NCBI GenBank assembly: GCA_964649065.1
Contig: CAZYOL010000003.1
Location: 1 to 61,359, forward strand
Length of the DNA: 61,359 nucleotides
Direction: 5' to 3'
DNA from: an uncultured Spirochaetales bacterium
GTDB taxonomy: Bacteria; Myxococcota_A; UBA9160; SMWR01
The position numbers and the translations under genes were made by a program. This document shows positions 1 through 8,129 of the stretch, one piece after another. Positions within the stretch are counted from its first letter, which is position 1; each line of letters starts with the position of its first letter. The notes beneath the pieces are model-generated. The model did no database searches and was not told where the DNA came from. It saw only the letters and a list, made by a program, of their open reading frames with translations.

Positions 1-82
1 CGGCTATACCTTCGAGGGCCTGTCCTTCGAGGGCTTCGACGAGGTTAAGCCCCTGCGCCTGCGGCTCCGGCGCTGGCGCTGA
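1..82 (+). CDS. 3' end of an upstream gene, function unknown (partial at window edge)
   Basis: Frame 2 reads GYTFEGLSFEGFDEVKPLRLRLRRWR then TGA at 80-82. Third codon positions are G/C-rich like real genes here. Too short to name. Confidence 0.3.
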   Translation, partial: GYTFEGLSFEGFDEVKPLRLRLRRWR

Positions 83-163
83 TCTCGGAGAGGGAGCAGG
101 CCGCTATCCTCCCGACCGGGGCGGTCGGGCAGCCGGCTGACACCGGCTGCCCGACGGGGCCCG

Positions 164-1147
164 ATGCGGGGAGGGTGGCGACTGGCATTTCCGAAGACGG
201 ACGCGCCGAACCCGCACCTCGCCCGCGGCCGCGAGCTGCTGCGCAGCCACCCCGAGCTGCGTCGCTACCTGCGACCCTACCCGGCGACGGGGGCCTGGAT
301 CCTGGCCGTGGTGGCGCTGCAGCTCGGCCTGGCCATGGCGCTGCGGGAGGTCGGCTGGCCCTGGGTGCCCGTCGTCGCCTGGCTCGTCGGCGCCTTCGCC
401 AGCCACGCCCTCTTCGTGCTGCTGCACGAGGCCGCCCACGACCTGATCGCCACCTCGCCGACCGGCAACCGCCTCTGGGGCATGCTCTGCAACGTCGGGC
501 AGGGCTTCCCCTCGGCCATGGCCTTCCGGCGCTTCCACCGGCTGCACCACTCCCATCTGGACGAGTACGACCACGACGCCGACCTGGCCTTCCATGGCGA
601 GGCGCTCTGGGTCGGGCGCTCGCCGCTGCGCAAGGCGCTGTGGCTGGCGCTCTTCCCCGTGATCGAGGTCCTGCGCCCGCTGCGGGTGCGGCCGCGCCGG
701 GTCGACGCCTGGATCGTCGCGAACCTCGTCCTGGTGCTGGCCAGCGACGCCGCCGTGGCCTGGATCGCCGGCTGGAACGGCCTGGCCTACCTGCTGTGCT
801 CGACGCTCTTCGGCGTCGGTCTCCACCCGGTCGGCGCCCGCTGGATCCAGGAGCACTACACCTTCCGGGCGGGCCAGGAGACGAACTCCTACTACGGGCC
901 CCTGAATCGCATCGCCTACAACATCGGCAACCACCACGAGCACCACGACCTGGAGCGCATCCCCTGGGTCCACCTGCCCAAGCTAAAGGCCGCGGCGCCC
1001 GAGCTCTACGACGGACTCTTCGCCCACCGCTCCTGGACCCGGCTGCTGCTCCGCTTCCTCTTCGACCGCGAGCTGGATCTCTTCTCCCGCATCACCCGCG
1101 AGCGAAGGCCCCCGTCCGTGGAAACGCGCCTGGTGGCGCCGCGCTAG
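164..1147 (+). CDS. Sphingolipid (dihydroceramide) Delta4-desaturase-like membrane fatty acid desaturase (DEGS1/Des1 family)
   Basis: Three histidine boxes are present (HEAAHD, HRLHHSH, HHEHHD). There is an N-terminal lipid-DES-like segment PNPHLARGRELLRSHPEL. The block GLHPVGARWIQEHYTF..ETNSYYGPLN..NIGNHHEHHD aligns by eye with eukaryotic DEGS1 over the whole length. Confidence 0.85.
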   Translation: MRGGWRLAFPKTDAPNPHLARGRELLRSHPELRRYLRPYPATGAWILAVVALQLGLAMALREVGWPWVPVVAWLVGAFASHALFVLLHEAAHDLIATSPTGNRLWGMLCNVGQGFPSAMAFRRFHRLHHSHLDEYDHDADLAFHGEALWVGRSPLRKALWLALFPVIEVLRPLRVRPRRVDAWIVANLVLVLASDAAVAWIAGWNGLAYLLCSTLFGVGLHPVGARWIQEHYTFRAGQETNSYYGPLNRIAYNIGNHHEHHDLERIPWVHLPKLKAAAPELYDGLFAHRSWTRLLLRFLFDRELDLFSRITRERRPPSVETRLVAPR

Positions 1148-2088
1148 CGGAAGGCGCCCCGTCGATACAGCCGCCACAGCTCGCGGCCGAAGGCCCAGGC
1201 CGGAAGCCGCGCCTCGCGCCAGCTCGGCTCGCAGCCGAGCCCCGAGTGGCGCTCGATCTTCCAGGCCAGGTAGTCCATGCCGCCCTGGAAGATCAGACCG
1301 TTGCGCAGCAGGCGCAGCAGGAAGCGGCTCTTGCCGACCACGCGGCGCAGCGCCCAGCGGGAGGGCGCGGCGCGCCGGACTTCGCTCGGGATCTCCACCT
1401 CGACCCAGAGAGCGCCGCCCTCGCGCCGGAGCTGGGCGGGCCAGGGCAGCTCGGGCAGCGCGCGCGAGGTCACCTCGCCCCAGCGCCCTTCCCGCCCGCC
1501 GACCCAGGCCGCCGCGGCTCCCGCGCGCTCGGCGCGGACCTCGCAGCGCCGGGTCTCCGCCAGCCCGCGGCGCCACAGCTCGCCCAGCTCCACGCGCGGC
1601 GGCAGCAGCGGGAGGACCCGACGCAGGAAGCCCAGCACCGCCTCGGCCAGGCTCACCGCGACCGCCCGGGCCACGGCCTCGTCCGCCGCGTAGACCAGGG
1701 CACAGGGCTGGGCGAAGCGGGCCCAGAAGTACGGCTCGAAGCCGCGGGCGTTCGAGCGCGCGAAGTCCCGGAGGGAGACGACCGCGTACTTGCAGCGCAG
1801 CAGGCGACCCGCGACGCGAGCCTCGAGCGAGAACACGTTGGGCGGGAGGCCTGCATTCAGCCAGCCCAGCCAGCGCTGCTCGTAGAGCCCTCGATAGCCG
1901 TCGACCAGCGCGTAGAGATCCAGCACGCCTTCGTCGTCGCCCCGGCGCAGGCAGGAGCCGTAGAGGAGGACGGCCCGGAGCCGCGGGCCGAAGCGCTCGC
2001 GCAGCTGCTCCGCAAGGATCCGGGCGCCGGGCGAGACCTCTCGCCCCAGCTCGTCGCCGAGGGTGCGAATCAGCTCGCCCGAGCTCAC
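1144..2088 (-). CDS. Tam41/Mmp37-like nucleotidyltransferase (possible CdsA-independent phosphatidate cytidylyltransferase)
   Basis: NTase-like LLYGSCLRRGDDEGVLDLYALV is followed by NVFSLEA..LRCKYAVVSLRDFAR and YFWARFAQPCALV, resembling Tam41 blocks recalled from memory. The GTG start at 2088 overlaps the kinase stop (GTGA). Its stop overlaps the desaturase stop in CTAG. Confidence 0.5.
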   Translation of the reverse strand: MSSGELIRTLGDELGREVSPGARILAEQLRERFGPRLRAVLLYGSCLRRGDDEGVLDLYALVDGYRGLYEQRWLGWLNAGLPPNVFSLEARVAGRLLRCKYAVVSLRDFARSNARGFEPYFWARFAQPCALVYAADEAVARAVAVSLAEAVLGFLRRVLPLLPPRVELGELWRRGLAETRRCEVRAERAGAAAAWVGGREGRWGEVTSRALPELPWPAQLRREGGALWVEVEIPSEVRRAAPSRWALRRVVGKSRFLLRLLRNGLIFQGGMDYLAWKIERHSGLGCEPSWREARLPAWAFGRELWRLYRRGAFR

Positions 2089-3221
2089 GCCGGAGCCGAC
2101 CCGCGCAGGAAGAAGGCCTCGCGCCCCGCGCTCAGGCAGAGCCCTCCGTCGGGGGCGCGCTCGAAGAGCTCGCCGTCGAGGGTGTAGCCGCTGTCGATCG
2201 ACAGATCGACGCGCTGGGCGTTCCAGCTCCGATAGCCGTTCTCGGGTCGCACGTGCCGATTGGGACGGCCTCGCAGCACCGGGAGCGTGGCCCGCAGGTA
2301 GCGCCGCGGTCGGTAGTCGAGGCAGGTGAGGCGCAGCGGGCCGGGTCCATGCCCCCAGAAGGGACGCAGGCCCAGGAACTGCTCCTCCATGGTCGAGCAG
2401 AAGAGCGCCAGCTGCGGCGTGCGCGGGAGCGCGAGGCCGTCGACGCTGCCGCGCACGCGCAGGGGCGGGAAATCGGCCTGGGCGCGCCCGCGCGCGAGGC
2501 GCGCGAAGACGAAGCCCAGCGCCACGGCGGCCCCCAGCGGCCCGCGCAGGCCCCGCGTCTCCACCCGCTGCTTGGCGAAGCGAATGCCGTGGTAGACGCA
2601 GCCGGCCCCGAAGAACATGGCAAAGCGCGCTCGGGGCTCGCCCGCGCGCTCGACCCGGATGGCCGGGCGCGCCTCGAGGCGCCCCTCGAGGCGACCCGCG
2701 GCCGCCTGCTGCAGCAGCTCGCGGAGGGCGTCACCGGAACGCGTCGCGTAGCCGACGTTGCGCGCCGAGGTGTTGGTGCTGCCGCCCGGCAGCAGGGCCA
2801 GCACGGGAAGCCCGGCGCTGCCGGCGCCCAGCACGCCGGTGAGGGCGGCCTGGACGGTGCCGTCGCCGCCGTTCACGACCAGCAGCTCGACCCCGTCGGC
2901 CACGCATCGGGAGGCCAGCTCGCTCAGCTCGGCAGGCTCGCGGGCCTCGCCATGGGCCACCCCCGCGGCGGCGAGCCGAGCGCGCAGCGAGCCCATCGCG
3001 CCCCGGCGGTTGCCACCGCTCGCCGGGTTGCTGAGGACGGCCAGCCGGATCGGTCGTCCCAGGGCCTGCCCCGGCCGGATCCGGGCGACGCTCGGCAGCG
3101 CCTCGGCGGGCGACTCCGAGCGAGCACCAGAGATCGACAGACTCAGAGCGCGCTCTCCCTCCTGCGCGACGCGAACCCGATCGTCCTCCGGGGATAGCAC
3201 GCCCCTCGCACCGGCGACCAC
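2085..3221 (-). CDS. Lipid kinase with diacylglycerol-kinase catalytic domain (YegS / sphingosine-ceramide kinase-like)
   Basis: DAGK_cat motifs are present: LSNPASGGNRR, ELLVVNGGDGTVQAAL, LALLPGGSTNTSARN. The GTG start at 3221 is uncertain. Confidence 0.8.
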   Translation of the reverse strand: MVAGARGVLSPEDDRVRVAQEGERALSLSISGARSESPAEALPSVARIRPGQALGRPIRLAVLSNPASGGNRRGAMGSLRARLAAAGVAHGEAREPAELSELASRCVADGVELLVVNGGDGTVQAALTGVLGAGSAGLPVLALLPGGSTNTSARNVGYATRSGDALRELLQQAAAGRLEGRLEARPAIRVERAGEPRARFAMFFGAGCVYHGIRFAKQRVETRGLRGPLGAAVALGFVFARLARGRAQADFPPLRVRGSVDGLALPRTPQLALFCSTMEEQFLGLRPFWGHGPGPLRLTCLDYRPRRYLRATLPVLRGRPNRHVRPENGYRSWNAQRVDLSIDSGYTLDGELFERAPDGGLCLSAGREAFFLRGSAPA

Positions 3222-3362
3222 GCCGCGCGCTTCGGGAGCAGCCCGAGCTCGAGCCAGGCCAGCGTCGCCCGCACGGAGACGCCGGCCAGGGCGAGGTTGC
3301 GCAGCCAGGAGGCGCTGGAGCCGCGAGCTCGGGACACGACGGCAGGCGAGCCGGCGCCCCGC

Positions 3363-3800
3363 TCAGGCGACGATCAGCCGCAGCAGCACCAGCAGGCCGA
3401 GGCCCAGCCCGAGCCAGACGAGCCGGTCGAGGCGGCGGCCCAGGCGGTCGATGCGGCCCAGCGCATCGCTCGGGATTTCCTCGAGCACCCTCTCCACCTG
3501 GCGCTCGATGCCCCCGAGGCGAGTCTCCACCAGGTGGAGGACCCGCCCCTCCAGCTCGGGGAGCTTCTTGCGGATCCGCTCGTCCAGCGCGGCGATCTGG
3601 TCGGTCGCCGCCAGGATCTGGACCAGCAGCTCGGGGGGCAGCGCCGAGTCTTCGCCCTCGGTGGCGGATCGCTGCAGCCACGGCCAGCGCCGGCGACGCC
3701 GGGGCCGCTCCTCGCGCGACAGCTCGCTGGCCGGCCAGGCCCGCTCGCCACTGCGCTGCTGGGCGCGCATCAGGGCGTCGTAGGTCTTCCCCATCGCCAC
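3363..3800 (-). CDS. Hypothetical tail-anchored coiled-coil protein
   Basis: The 145-aa ORF has GC-rich third positions, a charged helical middle (LDERIRKKLPELEGRVLHLVE) and one C-terminal hydrophobic helix (LVWLGLGLGLLVLLRLIVA). No family was recognised. Confidence 0.5.
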   Translation of the reverse strand: MAMGKTYDALMRAQQRSGERAWPASELSREERPRRRRRWPWLQRSATEGEDSALPPELLVQILAATDQIAALDERIRKKLPELEGRVLHLVETRLGGIERQVERVLEEIPSDALGRIDRLGRRLDRLVWLGLGLGLLVLLRLIVA

Positions 3801-3962
3801 CTCTCTCGAAGAGGGGCCAGCCTATCCGATCGCGGCGAGTGATTGTGGGAATAACCGCGTTCTAGTCCGTGCCGGTCCGCTCGGGAGCTGCACCGGAGCA
3901 GCGGGGAGTAGAGAACGGGCGCGAGCTGCGGCGTGTCTCTGCCGCCGCCCTCCCCGCTCCAC

Positions 3963-6014
3963 CTAGCGCGGCGCGGCGGCCAGGTTTCCGCCGTCGACCG
4001 TCGCCACCGAGCCGGTGGTGCTCTCGGCCAATGCCAGGGAGAGGAAGGCCTCGGCGACGTCGTCGGCCGTGACCTCTCGGCCCAGCAGGTTCGAGCGGAA
4101 GTAGGCATCGGGCTCGAGCCCGCGGGCCGCGGCGCGCTCGCGCACCATCTGCTCGGGGAAGAGCCCGGTCCGCACCCGGTCGGCGTTGACCGCGTTGGAG
4201 CGGATGCCGTGCGCGCCGCCCTCCAGGGCGTACTGACGCATCAGGGCCACCAGCGCGGCCTTGGCCACCGCGTAGGGCCCGAAGCCGGGGCCGGGGTTGA
4301 AGGCGGCCTTGGAGGCGTTGAAGAGCAGGAACCCGCCGCTCCCCTGCTGCTTCATCACGCGGACCAGGGCCGAGGCCACGAACTGGTGGGCCAGCAGGTT
4401 GATGCGCAGGCTCTGCTCCAGGACCTCCGTGCCCAGCTCGGCCATTTCGCCCTGAGGAGCCGTTCCCGCGTTCGACACGCAGCCGTCGAGGCCGCCGAAG
4501 CGGGTCACCGCCCGCTCGACGCTGGCGCGGACGGCGGCCTCGTCCCCCACGTCGAGGCAGTCGTGGCCACAGGCGGCGGAGCCGAGGGAGTCGGCGAGCG
4601 CCTCCACGGGCCCGGACTCGCGGTCGATCAGCCAGAGGTGCGCGCCGGCGGCCGCGAAGCGCCGGGCGGTGGCGGCACCGATGCCGCTCGCCGCCCCCGT
4701 CACGAGCACGACCCGCCCCGCCAGCGGGGGAGGCTTGGCCTTGCCGAGCTTGGCCTGCTCGAGCGACCAGTACTCCATGTCGAAGAGGTCGTCCTCGCCG
4801 AGCACTTCGTAGCGGCCCAGGGCCTCGGCCCCGCGGATGACCGTCACCGTGCGCTCGTAGATGTCGGCCGCCACACGCGCGGCCTTGGCCGAGGGCCCCG
4901 CGCAGATCAACCCCACCCCCGGCACCAGGACGACCCGGGGATCCGGATCGAGGGCCTGGATCGAGCGCGCCACGCGCTCGCTCTGGCGGGCGACGTAGGC
5001 GCGGTAGTCCGAGCGGAAGGCGGCGATCCGCTCCGCGATCTGCGCCCGCAGCGCCTCGTCGTCGAGGGTGCCGGGATCGTCGAGGAGCAGCGGCACTCGC
5101 TTGGTGCGGATCACGTGGTCGGGCGTGGCCACACCGCGCTGCGACAGCTCGGCGAGGCGGGGATCGGCGACGAAGCTGCGCAGGGCCGGGCTGCTGCGCA
5201 CGTGCAGCACATAGCGACGCCCCTCGTCGCAGAGACGGCCGCGCAGCACCGGAAGCAGACGCACCAGGCTCTGCGAGGGTTCGATCGCCTCGGCCCTCGC
5301 CGGCGGCTCGATCCCCGCAGCGCCAGCCTCGCGCACCCGGGCCTCGGCCGCCTCGACCGCGGCCACGTGACGCTCGTAGGACTCGCGCGCCGTCTCGCCG
5401 AAGCTGAAGAGCCCGTGGCGCAGCAGCAGCAGGCCCTCGACCTCCGGCTTGCTCTCGTAGACCTCGGCGGCGAGCTTCGCCAGGGCGAAACCCGGCATCA
5501 CGTAGGGGACGATGCCGAAGCGCTCGCCGTAGAGCTCCCGACACAGGGCTTCGGCCTCGGGCTGGTCGACCAGCGAGAGGATGGCCTCGGCGTGCGAGTG
5601 ATCGATGTACTTGTGGGGCAGGAAGGCGTGCAGGAGCGTCTCGACCGAGGGATTGGGAGCCGAGGCGTCGAGCAGCCGCGTCCGCTGGGCGTTCACCATC
5701 TCCTCGTCGCTCAGGCTCTCGCGCCGGCGCAGCTCGAGGCGCGGCTCGAGCCGGACGGCGGGAAGGCCCTCCGGCTCGATGTCGCCCAGGTCCCAGCCGC
5801 TGCCCTTGACGCAGAGCACCGCCGTCTCGGTGCCGGTGTCGTCGGGCATGCGGGTCTTCACGGAGGTGTTGCCCCCTCCGTGCAGGACCAGCCGCGGATC
5901 CTGGCCGATCAGCCGAGAGGTGTAGACCCGGAGCGCCAGGTCCTCGCCCACGCCGCGCTCGCCGTAGCGCTTGACGTAGGCCCTCGCCTCCGTGTCCGAC
6001 CAGCGGTTCTCCAT
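3963..6014 (-). CDS. Bifunctional class II aldolase/adducin-domain plus short-chain dehydrogenase protein (rhamnulose-1-phosphate aldolase/alcohol dehydrogenase-like)
   Basis: The N-terminal half has YTSRLIGQDPRLVLHGGGNTSVK and VKGSGWDLG (aldolase-II type). The C-terminal half has the SDR motifs VTGAASGIG, NASKAA and YAVAKAA. I trimmed the start to ATG 6014 (MENRWSD). Confidence 0.85.
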   Translation of the reverse strand: MENRWSDTEARAYVKRYGERGVGEDLALRVYTSRLIGQDPRLVLHGGGNTSVKTRMPDDTGTETAVLCVKGSGWDLGDIEPEGLPAVRLEPRLELRRRESLSDEEMVNAQRTRLLDASAPNPSVETLLHAFLPHKYIDHSHAEAILSLVDQPEAEALCRELYGERFGIVPYVMPGFALAKLAAEVYESKPEVEGLLLLRHGLFSFGETARESYERHVAAVEAAEARVREAGAAGIEPPARAEAIEPSQSLVRLLPVLRGRLCDEGRRYVLHVRSSPALRSFVADPRLAELSQRGVATPDHVIRTKRVPLLLDDPGTLDDEALRAQIAERIAAFRSDYRAYVARQSERVARSIQALDPDPRVVLVPGVGLICAGPSAKAARVAADIYERTVTVIRGAEALGRYEVLGEDDLFDMEYWSLEQAKLGKAKPPPLAGRVVLVTGAASGIGAATARRFAAAGAHLWLIDRESGPVEALADSLGSAACGHDCLDVGDEAAVRASVERAVTRFGGLDGCVSNAGTAPQGEMAELGTEVLEQSLRINLLAHQFVASALVRVMKQQGSGGFLLFNASKAAFNPGPGFGPYAVAKAALVALMRQYALEGGAHGIRSNAVNADRVRTGLFPEQMVRERAAARGLEPDAYFRSNLLGREVTADDVAEAFLSLALAESTTGSVATVDGGNLAAAPR

Positions 6015-6111
6015 GAGCCCTCCTGCGCGCGGGCCGCTGCGGGAAAGCGGCCGGAATCGCAGCAGGGTAGCGTGTAGAAGCGCCGGTTTGGGCGCTATCG
6101 TGCCGCGCGCA

Positions 6112-7377
6112 ATGCACGAGAAGCGTCTGGCCATCGACGGCGGCGCGCCGGTCCGCTCGCGCGAGCGGCCCTGGCCCGAATGGCCGCGCTACACCGAGGC
6201 GGCGCGGCGCGAGGTCGAGGCCGCCCTGGCCAGCGGCCGCTGGGCGATCAGCGGGCCCTTCCGCGGCGAGCCCTCGCGCAACCAGCGCTTCGCCGAGCGC
6301 TTCGCCGCTCTGCACGGCGTGCCGTACTGCATTCCGGCCTCGAGCGGCAGCGCCGGTCTGCTGATCGCCATGGAGGCGGTGGGCGTGGCCCCGGGCGACG
6401 AGGTCCTCGTGCCGGGTCTCACCTGGGTCGCCAACGCCTCCTCCGTGCTCCGGATCGGAGCGGTGCCCGTCCTGGTCGACGTCGACCCCGAGACCCTGTG
6501 TCTCTCCCCGCAGGCGGTCCGGGCCGCGCTCGGCCCGCGCACGCGGGCCATCGTGGCCGTGCACCTCTACGGCTCGATGGCCGACATGGACGCCCTGCCC
6601 GCACTCGCCGCCGAAGCCGGCATCCCCCTCATCGAAGACTGCTCCCACGTCCACGGCGCCCGCTGGCGTGCCTCCTGGGCCGGCTCGATCGGCGACGTCG
6701 GCGTCTTCAGCATGCAGCAGACCAAGCTCGTGACCTCGGGGGAGGGAGGCGCCGTGATCTCGCGGCACACACAGCTGGCGAGCCGCCTGGAGCAGATGCG
6801 AGCCGACGGCCGGGTGCTGCGGCCGAATGCCCGGGAGGGCGAGCTGGAGCTGCTGGAGCGGGGCGAGTGGGTCGGGGGGAACTACAACCTCTCCGAGCTA
6901 CAGGCGGCGCTGCTGCTGGAGGCCCTGGAGCGCCTGGAGGCCGAGAACGCGCGGCGAGCCCGGAACGCCGCTCTGTTGGACGAGGGCCTGGCGCGCCTCG
7001 AGGGCCTCCGGCCGGTGCCCTGCCTGCCCCCCCAGAGCCAGCGCGCCTACTACGGATACGTCCTGCGCGTCGACCCGGAACGTCTGGGAGGCCTCGCCCT
7101 GGGAGAGCTGGCGCTGCGGCTCAGCGCCGAGCTGCACTTCCCGGTGGAGCGCATCTACCGCGCCCTGGACGATCACCCCCTCTACCGGCCCACGCGGGAG
7201 AGCAGCCGGCGCTTCTCCCCCGAGCTCCGGAAGGCCATCGATCCCGAGCGCTTCGCGCTCCCCGAGTGCCGGCGCGCCTACGACGAGTGCCTGGCCTTCC
7301 ATCACCGCCTGCTGCTGGGCGACGAGCAGGACATGGCGGACGTGCTGCGGGCCTTCGAGAAGGTGCTCGAGGCCTAG
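6112..7377 (+). CDS. DegT/DnrJ/EryC1/StrS-family PLP aminotransferase (sugar or cyclitol aminotransferase type)
   Basis: Family-typical blocks are present: FEERFAALHGVPYCIPASSGSAGL, PGDEVLVPGLTWVA, VHLYG, IPLIEDCSHVHGA, and FSMQQTKLVTSGEGG with the PLP lysine context. I trimmed the start to ATG 6112. Confidence 0.85.
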   Translation: MHEKRLAIDGGAPVRSRERPWPEWPRYTEAARREVEAALASGRWAISGPFRGEPSRNQRFAERFAALHGVPYCIPASSGSAGLLIAMEAVGVAPGDEVLVPGLTWVANASSVLRIGAVPVLVDVDPETLCLSPQAVRAALGPRTRAIVAVHLYGSMADMDALPALAAEAGIPLIEDCSHVHGARWRASWAGSIGDVGVFSMQQTKLVTSGEGGAVISRHTQLASRLEQMRADGRVLRPNAREGELELLERGEWVGGNYNLSELQAALLLEALERLEAENARRARNAALLDEGLARLEGLRPVPCLPPQSQRAYYGYVLRVDPERLGGLALGELALRLSAELHFPVERIYRALDDHPLYRPTRESSRRFSPELRKAIDPERFALPECRRAYDECLAFHHRLLLGDEQDMADVLRAFEKVLEA

Positions 7378-8129
7378 GCGTAGTCGAAGGGCTCGAGCTT
7401 GCGCAGCAGCTTGTCGGCGTAGACGTAGCCGGCCCCCCTGCTGAGCACCTTGTTGACGAGGTGGGCGTAGGTGGGCATGGGCCGCAGGATGTCCGCGATC
7501 AGCACGACCCTGGGGCCGTCGCTCTCGTTCCGGACCTCGTGCTCCCAGGAGTCGTCCAGCATCACGCCCTGGCCCTCCTGCCAGGTGTGCCACTGGTCCT
7601 TCACCCGGATCGACGGGGGATTGTTCTTCGGCACCAGGATCGGCAGGTGGTAGCGCAGGTAGCCCATCCAGCCGGTCCGGTGCGGTGGAATCGACTTCCC
7701 CGGATCGAGGATGGAGAACATGGCCTGGAAGAGGTCGGGCACCTGGTCGAGCAGGGCGCAGGTCTTCGGACACAGCGCCCGGTTGCGCTCGGGCTTGCGC
7801 CCCATGGCGTAGAGGACGAAGACCTTCCAGTCTCCGGCACCCTCGGAGCTGATCTCCTGCTGGGCCTCGTCGAGATCCTGATAGCTGGGGAGCTTGTGGT
7901 GCAGGGGCAGGATCCCCTCCAGCTCCTCCCGGATCACCGGGAAGTTGCGGTCGAGGGCGCGCAGATCCGGACGCAGCCGGTCGACGTCGTAGAAGGCGGG
8001 GCGCTCGCGCCCCCCGCAGGCCCGGTAGAAGAAGCGGTTCACGGTATGGGTGAGCTGCCGCTCGGCGAAGGATCGCCCCTCCCAGGGAATCTCCCCCTGC
8101 AGCTGCTCGATTCGGGTCGTGGTGCTCAT
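7374..8129 (-). CDS. Aspartyl/asparaginyl beta-hydroxylase-family Fe(II)/2OG dioxygenase (LpxO/OlsC-like acyl 2-hydroxylase candidate)
   Basis: Blocks WKVFVLY, FSILDPGKSIPPHRG, GYLRYHLPILVP and WQEGQGVMLDDSWEHEV are typical of the family. The ATG at 8129 overlaps the stop of the ligase (ATGA). Confidence 0.8.
   Translation of the reverse strand: MSTTTRIEQLQGEIPWEGRSFAERQLTHTVNRFFYRACGGRERPAFYDVDRLRPDLRALDRNFPVIREELEGILPLHHKLPSYQDLDEAQQEISSEGAGDWKVFVLYAMGRKPERNRALCPKTCALLDQVPDLFQAMFSILDPGKSIPPHRTGWMGYLRYHLPILVPKNNPPSIRVKDQWHTWQEGQGVMLDDSWEHEVRNESDGPRVVLIADILRPMPTYAHLVNKVLSRGAGYVYADKLLRKLEPFDYA

Noticed and set aside
3862-6768. A very long 968-aa minus-strand ORF, with similar giants elsewhere. 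Examples are 175..2187, 6180..8249, 43018..44223 (part of 43018..46569), 53441..56404, 53523..56246 and 57288..60647.
   Set aside because: These are Arg/Ala/Gly/Pro-rich, low-complexity translations. They run antisense to, or out of frame with, genes that have clear family motifs. Such shadow ORFs are expected in GC-rich DNA, where stop codons are rare. No motif was recognised in any of them.
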